Below, in pieces: positions 24,941 to 35,572 of a DNA stretch of 62,416 nt. Under the pieces are notes generated by a model. That model did not search any database. It had not been told where the DNA came from and was given only the letters and a program-made list of their open reading frames with translations. The stretch's first letter is position 1. Each line of letters opens with the position of its first letter. Origin of the DNA: Tricharina praecox (lineage: Eukaryota); the NCBI RefSeq assembly GCF_024521635.1, contig NW_026250442.1, forward strand, positions 124,001 to 186,416. Direction: 5' to 3'. The translations under genes were made by a program, and so were the position numbers.

Positions 24941-26470
24941 ATGTCCAACATCATAAACAAAGTCAAGGAAACCCTGGGCGGTGGCAACACCACTCACGAC
25001 ACCACCCACGACACCACCCACGGCACCACCACCACCGGTGTCCATTCCAACACCCACACCACCGCCGGCCCTCACAGGACCGACGCCGCGAACAAGGCCG
25101 ACCCGAGAGTCGACTCGGACCGTGACGGCCGTGGCGCCGGATTCGGCTCCTCGCATACCGCCGGTTCCACAAACGTCGGCCCACATTCGAGCAACCTTGC
25201 CAACAAGGCTGACCCGAGAGTCGACTCGGACCGCGATGGATCCCACAACCTGGGACCCAACAACCTCGGCACTGGCACCCACAACCTCGGCGCTGGCACC
25301 ATGGGCTCGCTCGGCACCGGCACCCGCAGCAACGATTTCGACCACCACACCCACAACACCCACAGCACCGCCGGCCACACTGGCGGCCTCAGCGATGCCT
25401 ACCCCATCGGCACCAACAAGACGTCGGCCAACGCCGGCCCGCACTCTTCCAACGTTGCCAACAAGGTGGATCCCCGTGTCGATTCGGACCGTGACGGCCG
25501 TGGTGCCGGATTCGGCTCCTCGCATACCGCCGGTTCCACAAACGTCGGCCCACATTCGAGCAACCTTGCCAACAAGGTTGACCCACGTGTCGACTCCGAC
25601 TTGGACAACCGTGGCCACGGAACCCACGCTGGCACCACTGGCATCCACAACACCCACAACACCCACAACACCCACAACACCCACAACACCCACGATACCC
25701 ACAACACCGGCCACACCGGTCTCGGCGATGTCTACCCCATCGGCACTAACAAGTCAACCAACCACGGCCCGCACAGCTCCAGCCTTGCCAACAAGCTCGA
25801 CCCCGCTGTGGACTCGGACCGCGACCACCGTGGTGTTGGTACTACTGGTACTCACGGCACCCACGGCACCACCACGACCGGGCCTCACACTTCCACTGCC
25901 GCCAACAAGCTGGATCCCCGTGTCGACTCGGACCGTGATCACCGTGCCACCGGTACCACTGGCGCCTTTGGGTCTAGCCACACTGCCGGCTCGGGCACCA
26001 CTCATGTGGGTAACACGGGCACCACGGGCTTGGGAACGCACTCGGGCACCACTGGCACTCACCACAACGCCCCTGTCCAACTGAACGCCGGCCACACTCC
26101 CGCTGGAGGAGTCGTTTCCGGCGCCCACGGTACCCACGGTACCCACACCGGCACTGGTACTCACGGTACTCACACTGGTACCGGCACCCACGGAGTCACC
26201 GGCACCCACGGCCACTCGACCAACGCCGGTCCCCACTCCTCCAACGCCGCCAACAAGGTTGACCCCCGTGTCGACTCGGACCGGGACCACCGCGCCAACC
26301 CTACCGCTTCCCACACTGGACCCGCTCCCAACACCGCCGGTCCCCACAAGAGCGACCTGATGAACAAGCTCGACCCGCGCGTCGACTCGGACCTCGACGG
26401 CTCTAAGACGTACGGCGGCGACAAGACCCACACCGGCACCACCGGAACCAACACCACCACCCACTACTAA
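24941..26470 (+). CDS. Fungal dehydrin-like (DPR-repeat) stress protein, Gly/Thr/His-rich
   Basis: Eight copies of ANK(A/V/L)DP(R/A)VDSD(R/L)D-type motifs preceded by GPH..; the DPR motif is the signature of fungal dehydrin-like proteins; intronless, hydrophilic, no Cys or Trp. Confidence 0.88.
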   Translation: MSNIINKVKETLGGGNTTHDTTHDTTHGTTTTGVHSNTHTTAGPHRTDAANKADPRVDSDRDGRGAGFGSSHTAGSTNVGPHSSNLANKADPRVDSDRDGSHNLGPNNLGTGTHNLGAGTMGSLGTGTRSNDFDHHTHNTHSTAGHTGGLSDAYPIGTNKTSANAGPHSSNVANKVDPRVDSDRDGRGAGFGSSHTAGSTNVGPHSSNLANKVDPRVDSDLDNRGHGTHAGTTGIHNTHNTHNTHNTHNTHDTHNTGHTGLGDVYPIGTNKSTNHGPHSSSLANKLDPAVDSDRDHRGVGTTGTHGTHGTTTTGPHTSTAANKLDPRVDSDRDHRATGTTGAFGSSHTAGSGTTHVGNTGTTGLGTHSGTTGTHHNAPVQLNAGHTPAGGVVSGAHGTHGTHTGTGTHGTHTGTGTHGVTGTHGHSTNAGPHSSNAANKVDPRVDSDRDHRANPTASHTGPAPNTAGPHKSDLMNKLDPRVDSDLDGSKTYGGDKTHTGTTGTNTTTHY

Positions 26471-27336
26471 GCGGGTCCGCCTAGCACTTGACGACGACAT
26501 GATTGCTTGATTTTCGTTGTGCTTTTCTGTTTGGGACTGTGATCGTGGGAGTTTTTTTTTCTTTCTTTTTTCATGTATTGGGATTTTCGGGATGGGATGG
26601 GATGGGGGAAGGCAATGGCCATGGCAACGGATCTGATGGGATGCAGCATCCTGTAATCTGTAACATTAGTGAATTGTATGCACGGATTGCTACAACTTTG
26701 ATGCTTTTTGTGACTAAACCTGATGTGACTTGATACGATCGCGATTGTTTTTATCTTCATTGTATGCCTGCGATACAATACCCCGCACTCTAACAACGAA
26801 CCACAGCGGTGAGGTCAGGTATTCTCGCTACTTCCTTCATCGTACTGACCTCTAGGTCTATGCAATCCCAACCCTCTCACTTCAACTCATCATCATAGCC
26901 TTCTTAGAGAAGATTCGAAGTCATATCGAAAATGAAAACCGATAGCAGCTCATCCCTCCCTCGCTCTCCCTCACCCTCCCACAACACGGAACACACACAC
27001 AGCAATCAGCCGGCGACAGTATGCTCCTCACGAGTACGAGTGCATCGAAGGAAATACACAGTTGATAGGCGGGCCTAAGGAATACCTACCATAGTATTTG
27101 TTCGATCTATTCAAATCCAATTATCTCTAGCAAAGCTCACACATCTTTCATCCGCAATCGAAGCAAAACAGCGCGCTAAACCCCCATCGAAACCAACCCC
27201 CTCGAGGACAGGACAGCGATCGAATAGACGCCCATACGAGGTAGAGTATCCGGGAGATTACAAGAATATTCAAGGCGTCTGGTAACCCGTCAAGTCCCGT
27301 CTAATCCCGTCCGGTTCCGGCACTTCTGCGGTGCTG

Positions 27337-27430
27337 ATGCGCGGTTCTCATGCGCGGTTCTCATGCGCGGTTCTCATGCGCGGTTCGCATGCGCGGTTCG
27401 CATGCGCGGTTCGCATGCGTGGTTCTCATG
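27337..27430. repeat. 13-nt minisatellite ATGCGCGGTTC(T/G)C x7
   Basis: Directly visible near-perfect tandem copies. Confidence 0.95.
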
Positions 27431-27462
27431 AGCTTTGAATGCGCGTTAAATGAACCATCATA

Positions 27463-27515
27463 GAGACAGACGACGAACGACAGACGACGGACGACAGATG
27501 ACAGATGACAGACGA
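27463..27515. repeat. Degenerate 7-nt repeat (GACAGAT/GACAGAC)
   Basis: gacagacgacgaacgacagacgacggacgacagatgacagatgacagacg. Confidence 0.7.
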
Positions 27516-27595
27516 TAGAGTACTGGGAGATGACGATGGTATTGGAGCGCTGCACTTGATGGCGCGGAGGGACTGGTCAGTGGTGGCGGTTGGCC

Positions 27596-27692
27596 GGGAA
27601 TGGCGTAGGGAATGGTGGTTAGAGAATGGCGGTTAAGGAATGGCGGTTAGGAATGGCGGTTAGGGATTGGCGGTTAGGAAGTAGCAGTTAGA
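27596..27692. repeat. 13-14-nt minisatellite GGAATGGCGGTTAG(G) x~7
   Basis: Directly visible degenerate tandem copies. Confidence 0.85.
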
Positions 27693-30600
27693 GATCAAAA
27701 GTCGTGGTTCTCGAGATTCCAACCTACCTACTATAAGTGTTCGTGTATTTTTGCGAGTACTGTACCGGTAGTAGTATCAATCTCCCTACCGTCGCCAGCT
27801 TCCATCCGATCAGCCTGATCCTCGAATGCGTGGATTCCCTCGAGTAATCAGCCGGTTCCTACCGGTCAGCGGTCACAGCACTACCTTCAGTAGTCACTCG
27901 CTAGAGGGTTGGATGAAGGAACTCGACCAACGCACTCACTAGCACTCACTCGTCAATCTTCACCAGCCAATCAACCACTTCGAGAAGCCAATTTACCTCC
28001 GAGGACATGGAGTGACGGAGCGCATGCTTCCCGTTCGTAGGCTTCCCATCGATCCCCACCAACCCAACCAACACCACCGCACCACTTCCAACATCTTTAC
28101 CGCAAACCACGCCCAGACCAGACCGCGTAGGTGTATCACTCGCACGAAGCCGTCTCGCACTGTCCGCCGCACCCAGCTCCCCTCACCGCCGACGCCGTAG
28201 CCGTAGCCGCGGTCGATACACCACGTTCCAACTCCACCGCGGACCGCCTGCGAGAGCGGCGAGTGAGAGAGGCGAGTGATGTCCCATGCCCGCCGGTTGC
28301 CCGCTCTCTTCGTCGATATCGACGCACACTTGCGCTCTAGAGAGTACTCTCGGCACATCCACTCTCCCTCTCTCGCGCTCTCTCGCTCTCCTGCGCTCCT
28401 GCCATCTACGGCTCCGCGCAGCTCAGCCTGGCTAGAGCTCGTATGCACCAGCCACCCCGAGCTGGTGCTGGTGCTGGTGCTCACCGGCGCCGGCTCGAGA
28501 TCGGCTCTCCACGTAGAGTATGTAGTGCATGTGCGGATACGAGGGCTGGGCGGTGGCTGGCTGGGCGATGACTGCAGTACTAGGTAGGTAGTACATATGT
28601 AGATAGGAGTGCGGCTGGTGGGTGGGTAGGTGTCGGTGGAGGCTGGATGTTCAAGTGGGAAGGGAAGGGTGTGGTATAGATATTCCGGCGGTGAAGGTGG
28701 GAACTTCTGTGTAGAGATTAGTCGTATATCTGTCTGTGCATACAATATCTCTAGCTAGTTCGCTGGCTCGCTGGTCGGTGGATGCTGCTCGGTGGATACT
28801 GTATGCTGGTATTCCAGTAAGCTGTAAGCTGTAATCAACTAGTTAGTGGCGGCTTCCTGTCAGCCCTGCGGCTTTATTCCTGCCGAGCATCCACGGCTCA
28901 CGGTTGGCAGGACCACGGTTGGATGGACCATGGGGGGATGGGAAGGGTAGTCCGTAGTCGGCACCGCGGGGACGGGAAGACGTGAAGGAGTGAAGGCGTC
29001 ATACAAACGAGTGTGTAGTAGATATTTCCTCGCGATCGGACAGCGCGGGCCCGCCGTGCCACGATATCGTCAGCATCGCTTCTGTCAGCGACGTATCTAG
29101 GCTGTCTGAACCACGGTCGTGTCTCGTATCACCGTCATCCGTCACGGCTGCACAGTGCAAGCACTCGTAGTTCCGTGTAGCTATGTACCAGTACACACAA
29201 TTGAGTTTCAAAATCCACAGGCCTCTCTTGCTCTGCTGTAGCTACCCACCTTTGTATCCATCATCGTATCTACCTAGGTATTATGCATACTCCGCAACGT
29301 TGCATCGCTGATCTCGGAAACCCACCCTTCCACCCATCCGCGTCCAGGATGTATGTTATGTATGTAAGATTTGAGTTCGTGAACCCGGTGGGCGGGGAAA
29401 TGCGCTTGTATGTAGAATGTAGGTACTCTATCCGTTTTTCCAGGGGAGCGGTGAATGACACATCTTCACCTCGCTTCGAGTGAGCGAGTGATGTGGCGTG
29501 AAGGACAAAGGACAGAGGGCTCAGTACGACCGCATGAGGGGTTAAAATAGGTATTTGAGTACTTCGCTTGGCAGGTTGGGCTAAGCTGACCGTTGACGGC
29601 TGAGTTTTTGGATTTTTCACTTCTTCTTCGTCTGCTGTAAGCGCATTACAAAGCCGCCGCAGCATGGCGCACCGGGCTTGGGCAGTGGGCGAGAAGCACA
29701 TATGAGGTATGTAGCCAAGCAAATATGTATTTAGCAGTGTACCTATTCAGTGGTGTGTTTATCAAGGCCACATTTGCAATTGCGACTCGTGAGTCGTGAG
29801 GCGCGAGTCGTGATAGGCTATAAAAAGATCGTCAGGGACTGACTACTTGGCAAGTCGCAGCAGCGCGCTAATTGGTTGGAACCCACTTCGGCGCTCGGTA
29901 GGTTTCTCGCTCGCTCGCTCGCTCGCGGTCTCCTCACAGGCCTGTAACATACTCTACTCTAATCCGGTGGCGTTAATTCAGATTCAGGGCCGACGGGTTC
30001 GCTCAGTATCAGTCGCGCGGGGGGATACGGGGCTGGGTCTCCCGTCCCAAATTCCCAAGTCCCAAGCACATTCCGTGTTTCGCACTGCAGGGCGCGGTGC
30101 GGCGCAAAAATACGCCGGTGGGATATGCTTGCCCTACTACTATATCTCTGGTTAGTAGTGCCAACCATGTAGGGTACTTACAGCCCACCGGTACCGCTGC
30201 GCTGCTGCCTGCAGAGTCCAGATAGACATCTCGGTTTATTGGGTAGGGAGGTATATTAAGGTACTCTTGGCGGAGCAGGGCTGTCTGCGCGTGCAGAGGA
30301 TTTCACTCGTCCGCTGCCTTACCCCAGCGTGTAGGTCGTTACCGGTGCTGTTCTGTGCTGGCGGCCTTAAAGCTGAATGTACATACACACCGGACTTGTG
30401 ATGTGATGGGCTTGCAGCGCCTCTCTTCCTCTTTTCCCCTTCGCTCCGGATTGCGGCCTCGCCTGTAAGCCGAAGCAGGTGCAAATGCGAATTCAAATGC
30501 TGTCTGTGCACCGACTGCCGATCGGTGGTGGAATCGCTGAAGCTGAAGCGGAAGATGAAGATGATGGTGAAGACGAAGACAAAGAAGACGACCATGACGG

Positions 30601-30760
30601 CGTAGAGTAAGAGGGTACAAAGGGCTCGCCGATGCGCACGCCAGATACCTATCAGCATCGTAATCATCATCTTCTTTCCTACTATCGCCACGACCAACGC
30701 CTTCACGTTGATCCAATAGGTAGTCCGATACATAGTAGCCCGCTCCATAAACACCACAAA

Positions 30761-30850
30761 TACCACCGCACTGCAAATACCACATCACCACAAATACCAC
30801 AACTTCCGCAATCACCACAAATACCACAACTTCCGCAATCACCACAATCA
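30761..30850. repeat. 27-nt tandem repeat CACCACAAATACCACAACTTCCGCAAT x2 with degenerate flanking copies
   Basis: Directly visible duplication at ~30787-30846. Confidence 0.8.
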
Positions 30851-31330
30851 CGCCCTCGCCTCTCCCAGTCGACTCCGCGCATTTCGGTTCGTTCGTTCGC
30901 ACACCATACTTTCACACTTTGAAGGAGGCGCTGTTTATTTCTGAGACAACCTGAACCAAAGCGGCCCCCTCCCCCATTCCATTGCAGCCGCCGCCCCCCC
31001 TCCCTCACCCCGACCTAACCCTTACCTGTGCCTGTACCACCACCGCATCCGTTGCTGCTGCTTACCTTAAAACCACCGCGTGTTCCTGCATCGACTTTCG
31101 ACTTTTCCACTCGCACTCACTCACTCACATCACCCGTCACTTTCTGCTTCCGTTTCTTTACGCACTCTCTCTCCCGTTTTCACTTCGAAGCCCTAGTCCA
31201 CTCCTTTCAAAGATCAACTTCGACTCGAACCTGAATTCGCCTACAAAAACGTTCCGGTAACGGTCAACAACAACAACACTCGCTCCGAAAACCAACCACC
31301 ACCGCAACAACACCCATAATAATCACCATC

Positions 31331-32374
31331 ATGAAGTCCTTCGTCTCTCTCGCGATTTTCGCTGCGTTCGCTTCCTCTGCCCCCTCGGGCACGCAGCTCC
31401 TCGCCAAATCCGCTGCCTCCACCTACCCCGGCGCTGCCCTTCTCGGCAGCACCATTGAAGGATGTTCCGTTGACTCCAGGGGTGGCATGTACGCCGTCAA
31501 CCAGACTCACTTTGTCTCACTCACGGACGCTAGCATCTCCAAGCCCCTCCTCGTTGGCGCCGGCGGCACCGAGAGCTTCTTTGCCTCGTCGCGCTGGACC
31601 TGCAGCATGGGTGCGCTGGTCGGCGATGCAGCCGCTCACAAGGTCTGGAAGGCCACCGGCGCTGCCACCCTCTTTACGGAGAAGGGCATGGTCCAGCCGA
31701 ACGACTTCACCGTCTCCAAGTGCGAGAAGCGCATGTATCTCGCCGGCATGAACTACACCGCCAACACCGGTGACCTCTGGTACTACGACGTCGCCAAGGG
31801 CAAGGCCGTCGCTGTCCCCGTTCCCGTCGGCACCGAGACCTTCCGCATGAACGGAGTCGAGCTGTCCCCCGACGACAAGACGCTCTACGTCACCTCGGCC
31901 GAGAACAACGCGAACGCGACCCAGGTCCTGTCCGCAAAGATCTGGAAGTTCAAGGTCGACCCTGCCACCGGTATCCCCAGCTCCCCCGAGGTCGCCATCG
32001 ATCTGTACAAGACGCTCGAGGCCATGAGCCCGCCGCTCGACCCCAAGACGGCCGGCATGGACCCCGACGGCATGCGCATGGACAGCAAGGGCACCCTCTT
32101 CATGACTCTCAACGCCTTCGGCAAGGTCCTCGTGTGGGACACCAACGGCCCGACCTGCAACGCCAAGGTGATCGATCTCGAGACGATCCAGAACCCGACC
32201 AACCTCGAGCTCGGAGGAGCCGACGGAAAGACTCTGGTCGTGGTCGGCCGTTGCCGCGCCGATCTCGCCACCAGCTGTGTCGATAGCTACGCCCACAACA
32301 CCGCCGGTCGCGCTTTCACCAACCTGCAGGGAAAGCAGTGCACCACCGCGCCCAAGTCCAAGAGCTACTACTAG
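31331..32374 (+). CDS. Secreted SMP-30/gluconolactonase-family beta-propeller
   Basis: Signal peptide; IEGCSVD, QPNDFTVS, MNGVELSPDDKTLYV, DPDGMRMDSKGTLF, PTNLELGGADGKTL; intronless with strong codon bias. Confidence 0.88.
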   Translation: MKSFVSLAIFAAFASSAPSGTQLLAKSAASTYPGAALLGSTIEGCSVDSRGGMYAVNQTHFVSLTDASISKPLLVGAGGTESFFASSRWTCSMGALVGDAAAHKVWKATGAATLFTEKGMVQPNDFTVSKCEKRMYLAGMNYTANTGDLWYYDVAKGKAVAVPVPVGTETFRMNGVELSPDDKTLYVTSAENNANATQVLSAKIWKFKVDPATGIPSSPEVAIDLYKTLEAMSPPLDPKTAGMDPDGMRMDSKGTLFMTLNAFGKVLVWDTNGPTCNAKVIDLETIQNPTNLELGGADGKTLVVVGRCRADLATSCVDSYAHNTAGRAFTNLQGKQCTTAPKSKSYY

Positions 32375-33035
32375 GTGTGTAGAAAGGTGTACACGGACGA
32401 GGAGGTGCCAAAGGAGTACGTGAACAACGACGGGGAGGACGTGTCGAGGGCGGACGTGAATGAGGTGGAGGACGGGCCAACGTGCAGCACGTGAACGAGG
32501 AGATACCTGTATAAATATCATAGCATGGATTGAATCGGGTGTTTTTTTCTTTTCCTTTTTTCTTTTTTTCTTTCCCGTGGGTTGTTGGGTTTGCAGTTCG
32601 CGGGGGGTGTTTTTTTGTTGATACGCAGGGAAGGAATGATGATGGAGATATCTACAATAATGAAATGGTGATGATGGGCTGGTACAAGAATTTTTTGGGA
32701 TCTCGTGACTACCGGCAACGTGAAATTCGCGCTCGTAACCGATACTGCCCCATGTGTGCTCGTGGGGGGTGACGCTCGCAAACAATACTGCCCGTGTGCT
32801 CGTGAGAGTAGAATTATTTCGGCCTCGGCGCAGGACCCGCCTGCCCGTGGAAGTAGAATTATGTCGGCCCGACGCAGGACCGCCTGCCCGCATTCTGCGC
32901 TCATCTCACAGTATACATCTTCTACATGAGTATATAATGCACCAAAACGCAAGAGAGTCAGCTCGCCCTCCGCAAAGTTCATGCTTCCTTAGTCATCACG
33001 CAGCATCACCAGGACTCCCGAGTCTCCGGAGTCTA

Positions 33036-34276
33036 TTATGTATCCTCCTCATCCTCGTCCTCGCCGAGCCCCACGACCTCATCCTCGCCCTCGTCGCCCA
33101 CCATCCTCCCCTCAAAGAACGTCATCACGCCCGACATGTAGTTGCGATAGATCATGTCGTAGACCATAGTCTGGTGCGCGCACCCCTCGATGACGACCAG
33201 CTGGGCGAGAACATACTTCGCCTTGAGGCGGTTGACAAGCGCCTCGCTCTCCTCGAGCAGGACGCTCGCGTCCATATCCCCATGCACCACGAACGCGGGC
33301 GGGAACGTCTCGTCGATGAGGAGTTCTGGAAAGAGGCACCTAGTGGATTCGGGGATGAGGCGCTCGCGCGCGGCATCGTCGGCGGCGGCGACGTCGCGCA
33401 GTCGCGCCCCCAGCCCAGATATCCCCGTCACGATGTCGAGGTATAGTCCGCGCCGCCAGACTTCTTGCGCGACTCGCATCCGCGCCCAGAACTCGGCCGA
33501 CTGTGTCGCGTCGCTCTGCGGTAGCGCGCCGATCGTGCGTGTCTCGCCAGCGAGATACGTTGCCACTTCTTCGGTGGGCGGGGGGTCGGTGGTGGTGCTG
33601 GGGGTGGTAGTGGTGGTAGTGGTGGGGTTGGTGGAGGAGTCGCGCCGCTTCAGGCCATAGTGGTGCGGGGATAGGAGTTTGCCGCCTTGTGCGGCGACGA
33701 GGAAGAGGCCGAGAGGCTTCGGCTCCCAGTGGCTCGCGGCGAGCTGCGCCAGGTACCCGCCTGCGCTGTAGCCCGCGACGAAGACGTTGGTCGCGCTGAG
33801 GTTGTGTGCCGGTACGAGCACCGTGTGGTAGTGCGTGAAGGCAGCCTGCAGGTCTTGGAGGAGGTCGTGGCCGGTGCAGGGGAGGAGTTTGCGGTAGTCG
33901 TACGAGAGGAAGGTCCAGCCGCGGGAAACGCAGTCGTCTTTTTCGGACGGAGATTTTAGCGGAGTGTGGGGGAGAGGCGGGGATGGGCAAGGGAACGGAA
34001 TGGGAGGGACACACCGCACAGGCCCCGAAGAATGAACCGTCGGTCTCCGTAGAGGAGTGCCCCCCCGTGGAAGAAGATGATGGTTGGGGACGGCCAGCCG
34101 GGATGTCGCGTGGGGAGGTAGACGTCGACCTTTAGTGGGACTTTCGACGGCGTGCTGTAGGTGTATGTTTTCGGCGCGGGCGGAACGTCCGGGCCGTCGG
34201 TGATCTCCACGCCCGCGGCCGCGTCACGGTGTCGGTGGAAGAGCCGAGAGAGGGTCGGGAAACAGGCGCTGATCAT
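33036..34276 (-). CDS. Alpha/beta-hydrolase (HSL-like esterase); one intron at ~34014-33937
   Basis: LKVDVYLP..IIFFHGGALLYG, SYDYR, nucleophile motif VAGYSAGGYLA, PPAFVVHGDMDASV, IEGCAH. Confidence 0.88.
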
Positions 34277-35352
34277 TCGTGCTCGTTCGGTACGGCGAAG
34301 GGGAGTGTGAGGAGGAGGAGGAGGAGGAGAGAAGGGGAAGAGCTGGCTCGCTCGCTCGAGCTTTGGGTGTATGGGTGTAGGTGGAGTCGAGTACGCGGTC
34401 CGCCTCCCACTACTCTGTCCTGTCCTGTTCGGGGGTTAGTGGCATAACTGAATGGAAAGTGCACCGCCGCCATGCCGTGGGTGGAATGCTGTTGGTTATT
34501 TGTATCAAATCTCACCGAGCAACCTGTAGAGTAGGCTGTGAATCCCTCCCGTGATGTGCGTTCGATGCAAGTCCCCTGTACTTGGCACGCCAGGCGGCCA
34601 GGGGGGTGCGGTCCCTGCCACCGTCAGACGGACGGGCGCGGAGAGCGCGGGCGGCTGGCGTGAATCGTGATGGCGGGCGCTATGTAGGGCGTGTGTGGAG
34701 AATGGTCGGTGCGCAGAGACGTCTTCAGCTGGCATGCATGAAGGTGATGGGGTGCGGAGGCGGACACAGAATGGGAATGCCGAGTCGGCGAGTGTTCAAT
34801 TCGTTTACTCCGAATGGCACCTAGCAGGTACCGATCACTCGTTCTGCGACCTCGCACACGGCGACGAATGGCGACCGCAAACAATAAATGAGCTTAGGAC
34901 TCGAAGATATCGAAGTGAATATACATTCTTGACCCGTGATTCCCCCCAGGAATGCAATTGCTTCTAAGTTAGCCGCGGGAATATGGCTCACGAGGCGAGA
35001 TTGGCACTGCGCTGTGCGTGTAGAGTGCGATGAACATAAAGCATACGCATGATGCATTACCATAGAACACGCGGCGGCTACTACGAATAGTCGGCGGAAG
35101 ACATACCAACCTATCAGCTGGCGCAGGAAGCCTGCATAGGTATTGATGGCGGCAAGCTCGCGGCAGTCGATTCGCACGGGGTACGCGCTGGTTTATGCGC
35201 ATTCTGCGGCGCGGTATGTATGTTGGTCATCGATGCAGGACCGCCTTTGACGATGATAGACGGCTTGCATGACGAAGAAAGTCATGCGGACTGTTATTGG
35301 CTCACGAGGCCAGTCTCATATCTGCCGCTGCTAGAGTATGTATGGAGAATCT

Positions 35353-35572
35353 CAGTGCCTACGATAGTTCAGTCCAGTCCGTCTTTCGGCAAAAGTCGGA
35401 CTGGACTGAGAGGTCCAGTCCGGCAGAAGGTGTGGACTGGATTGGGCAGTCTGCGCAACTGGTAGGCTGGACGGACTGTAGTAGACTGCAGTCCGAGGCG
35501 ACAAATCTTTGGGTTGGACTGAATTCAAATTTCAAACCGTCAATCTTATGGACTGGACTATCGGGAGCACTG
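35353..35572. mobile_element. MITE (~220 bp) with imperfect 23-bp TIRs
   Basis: Left CAGTGCCTACGATAGTTCAGTCC versus reverse complement of right end CAGTGCTCCCGATAGTCCAGTCC; many internal GGACT/AGTCC motifs; no TSD visible. Confidence 0.7.

Noticed and set aside
24932..26500. Val/Gly-rich minus-strand and Pro/Thr-rich alternative-frame ORFs over the dehydrin gene
   Set aside because: Artefacts of a repetitive, codon-biased CDS.
27596..27692. Possible interstitial telomere or telomerase RNA template
   Set aside because: Only one TTAGGG is present and the unit is 13-14 nt; no template context is recognisable.
31517..32893. 458-aa minus-strand ORF
   Set aside because: Antisense to the SMP-30 gene and running through its 3' UTR; no protein-like features.
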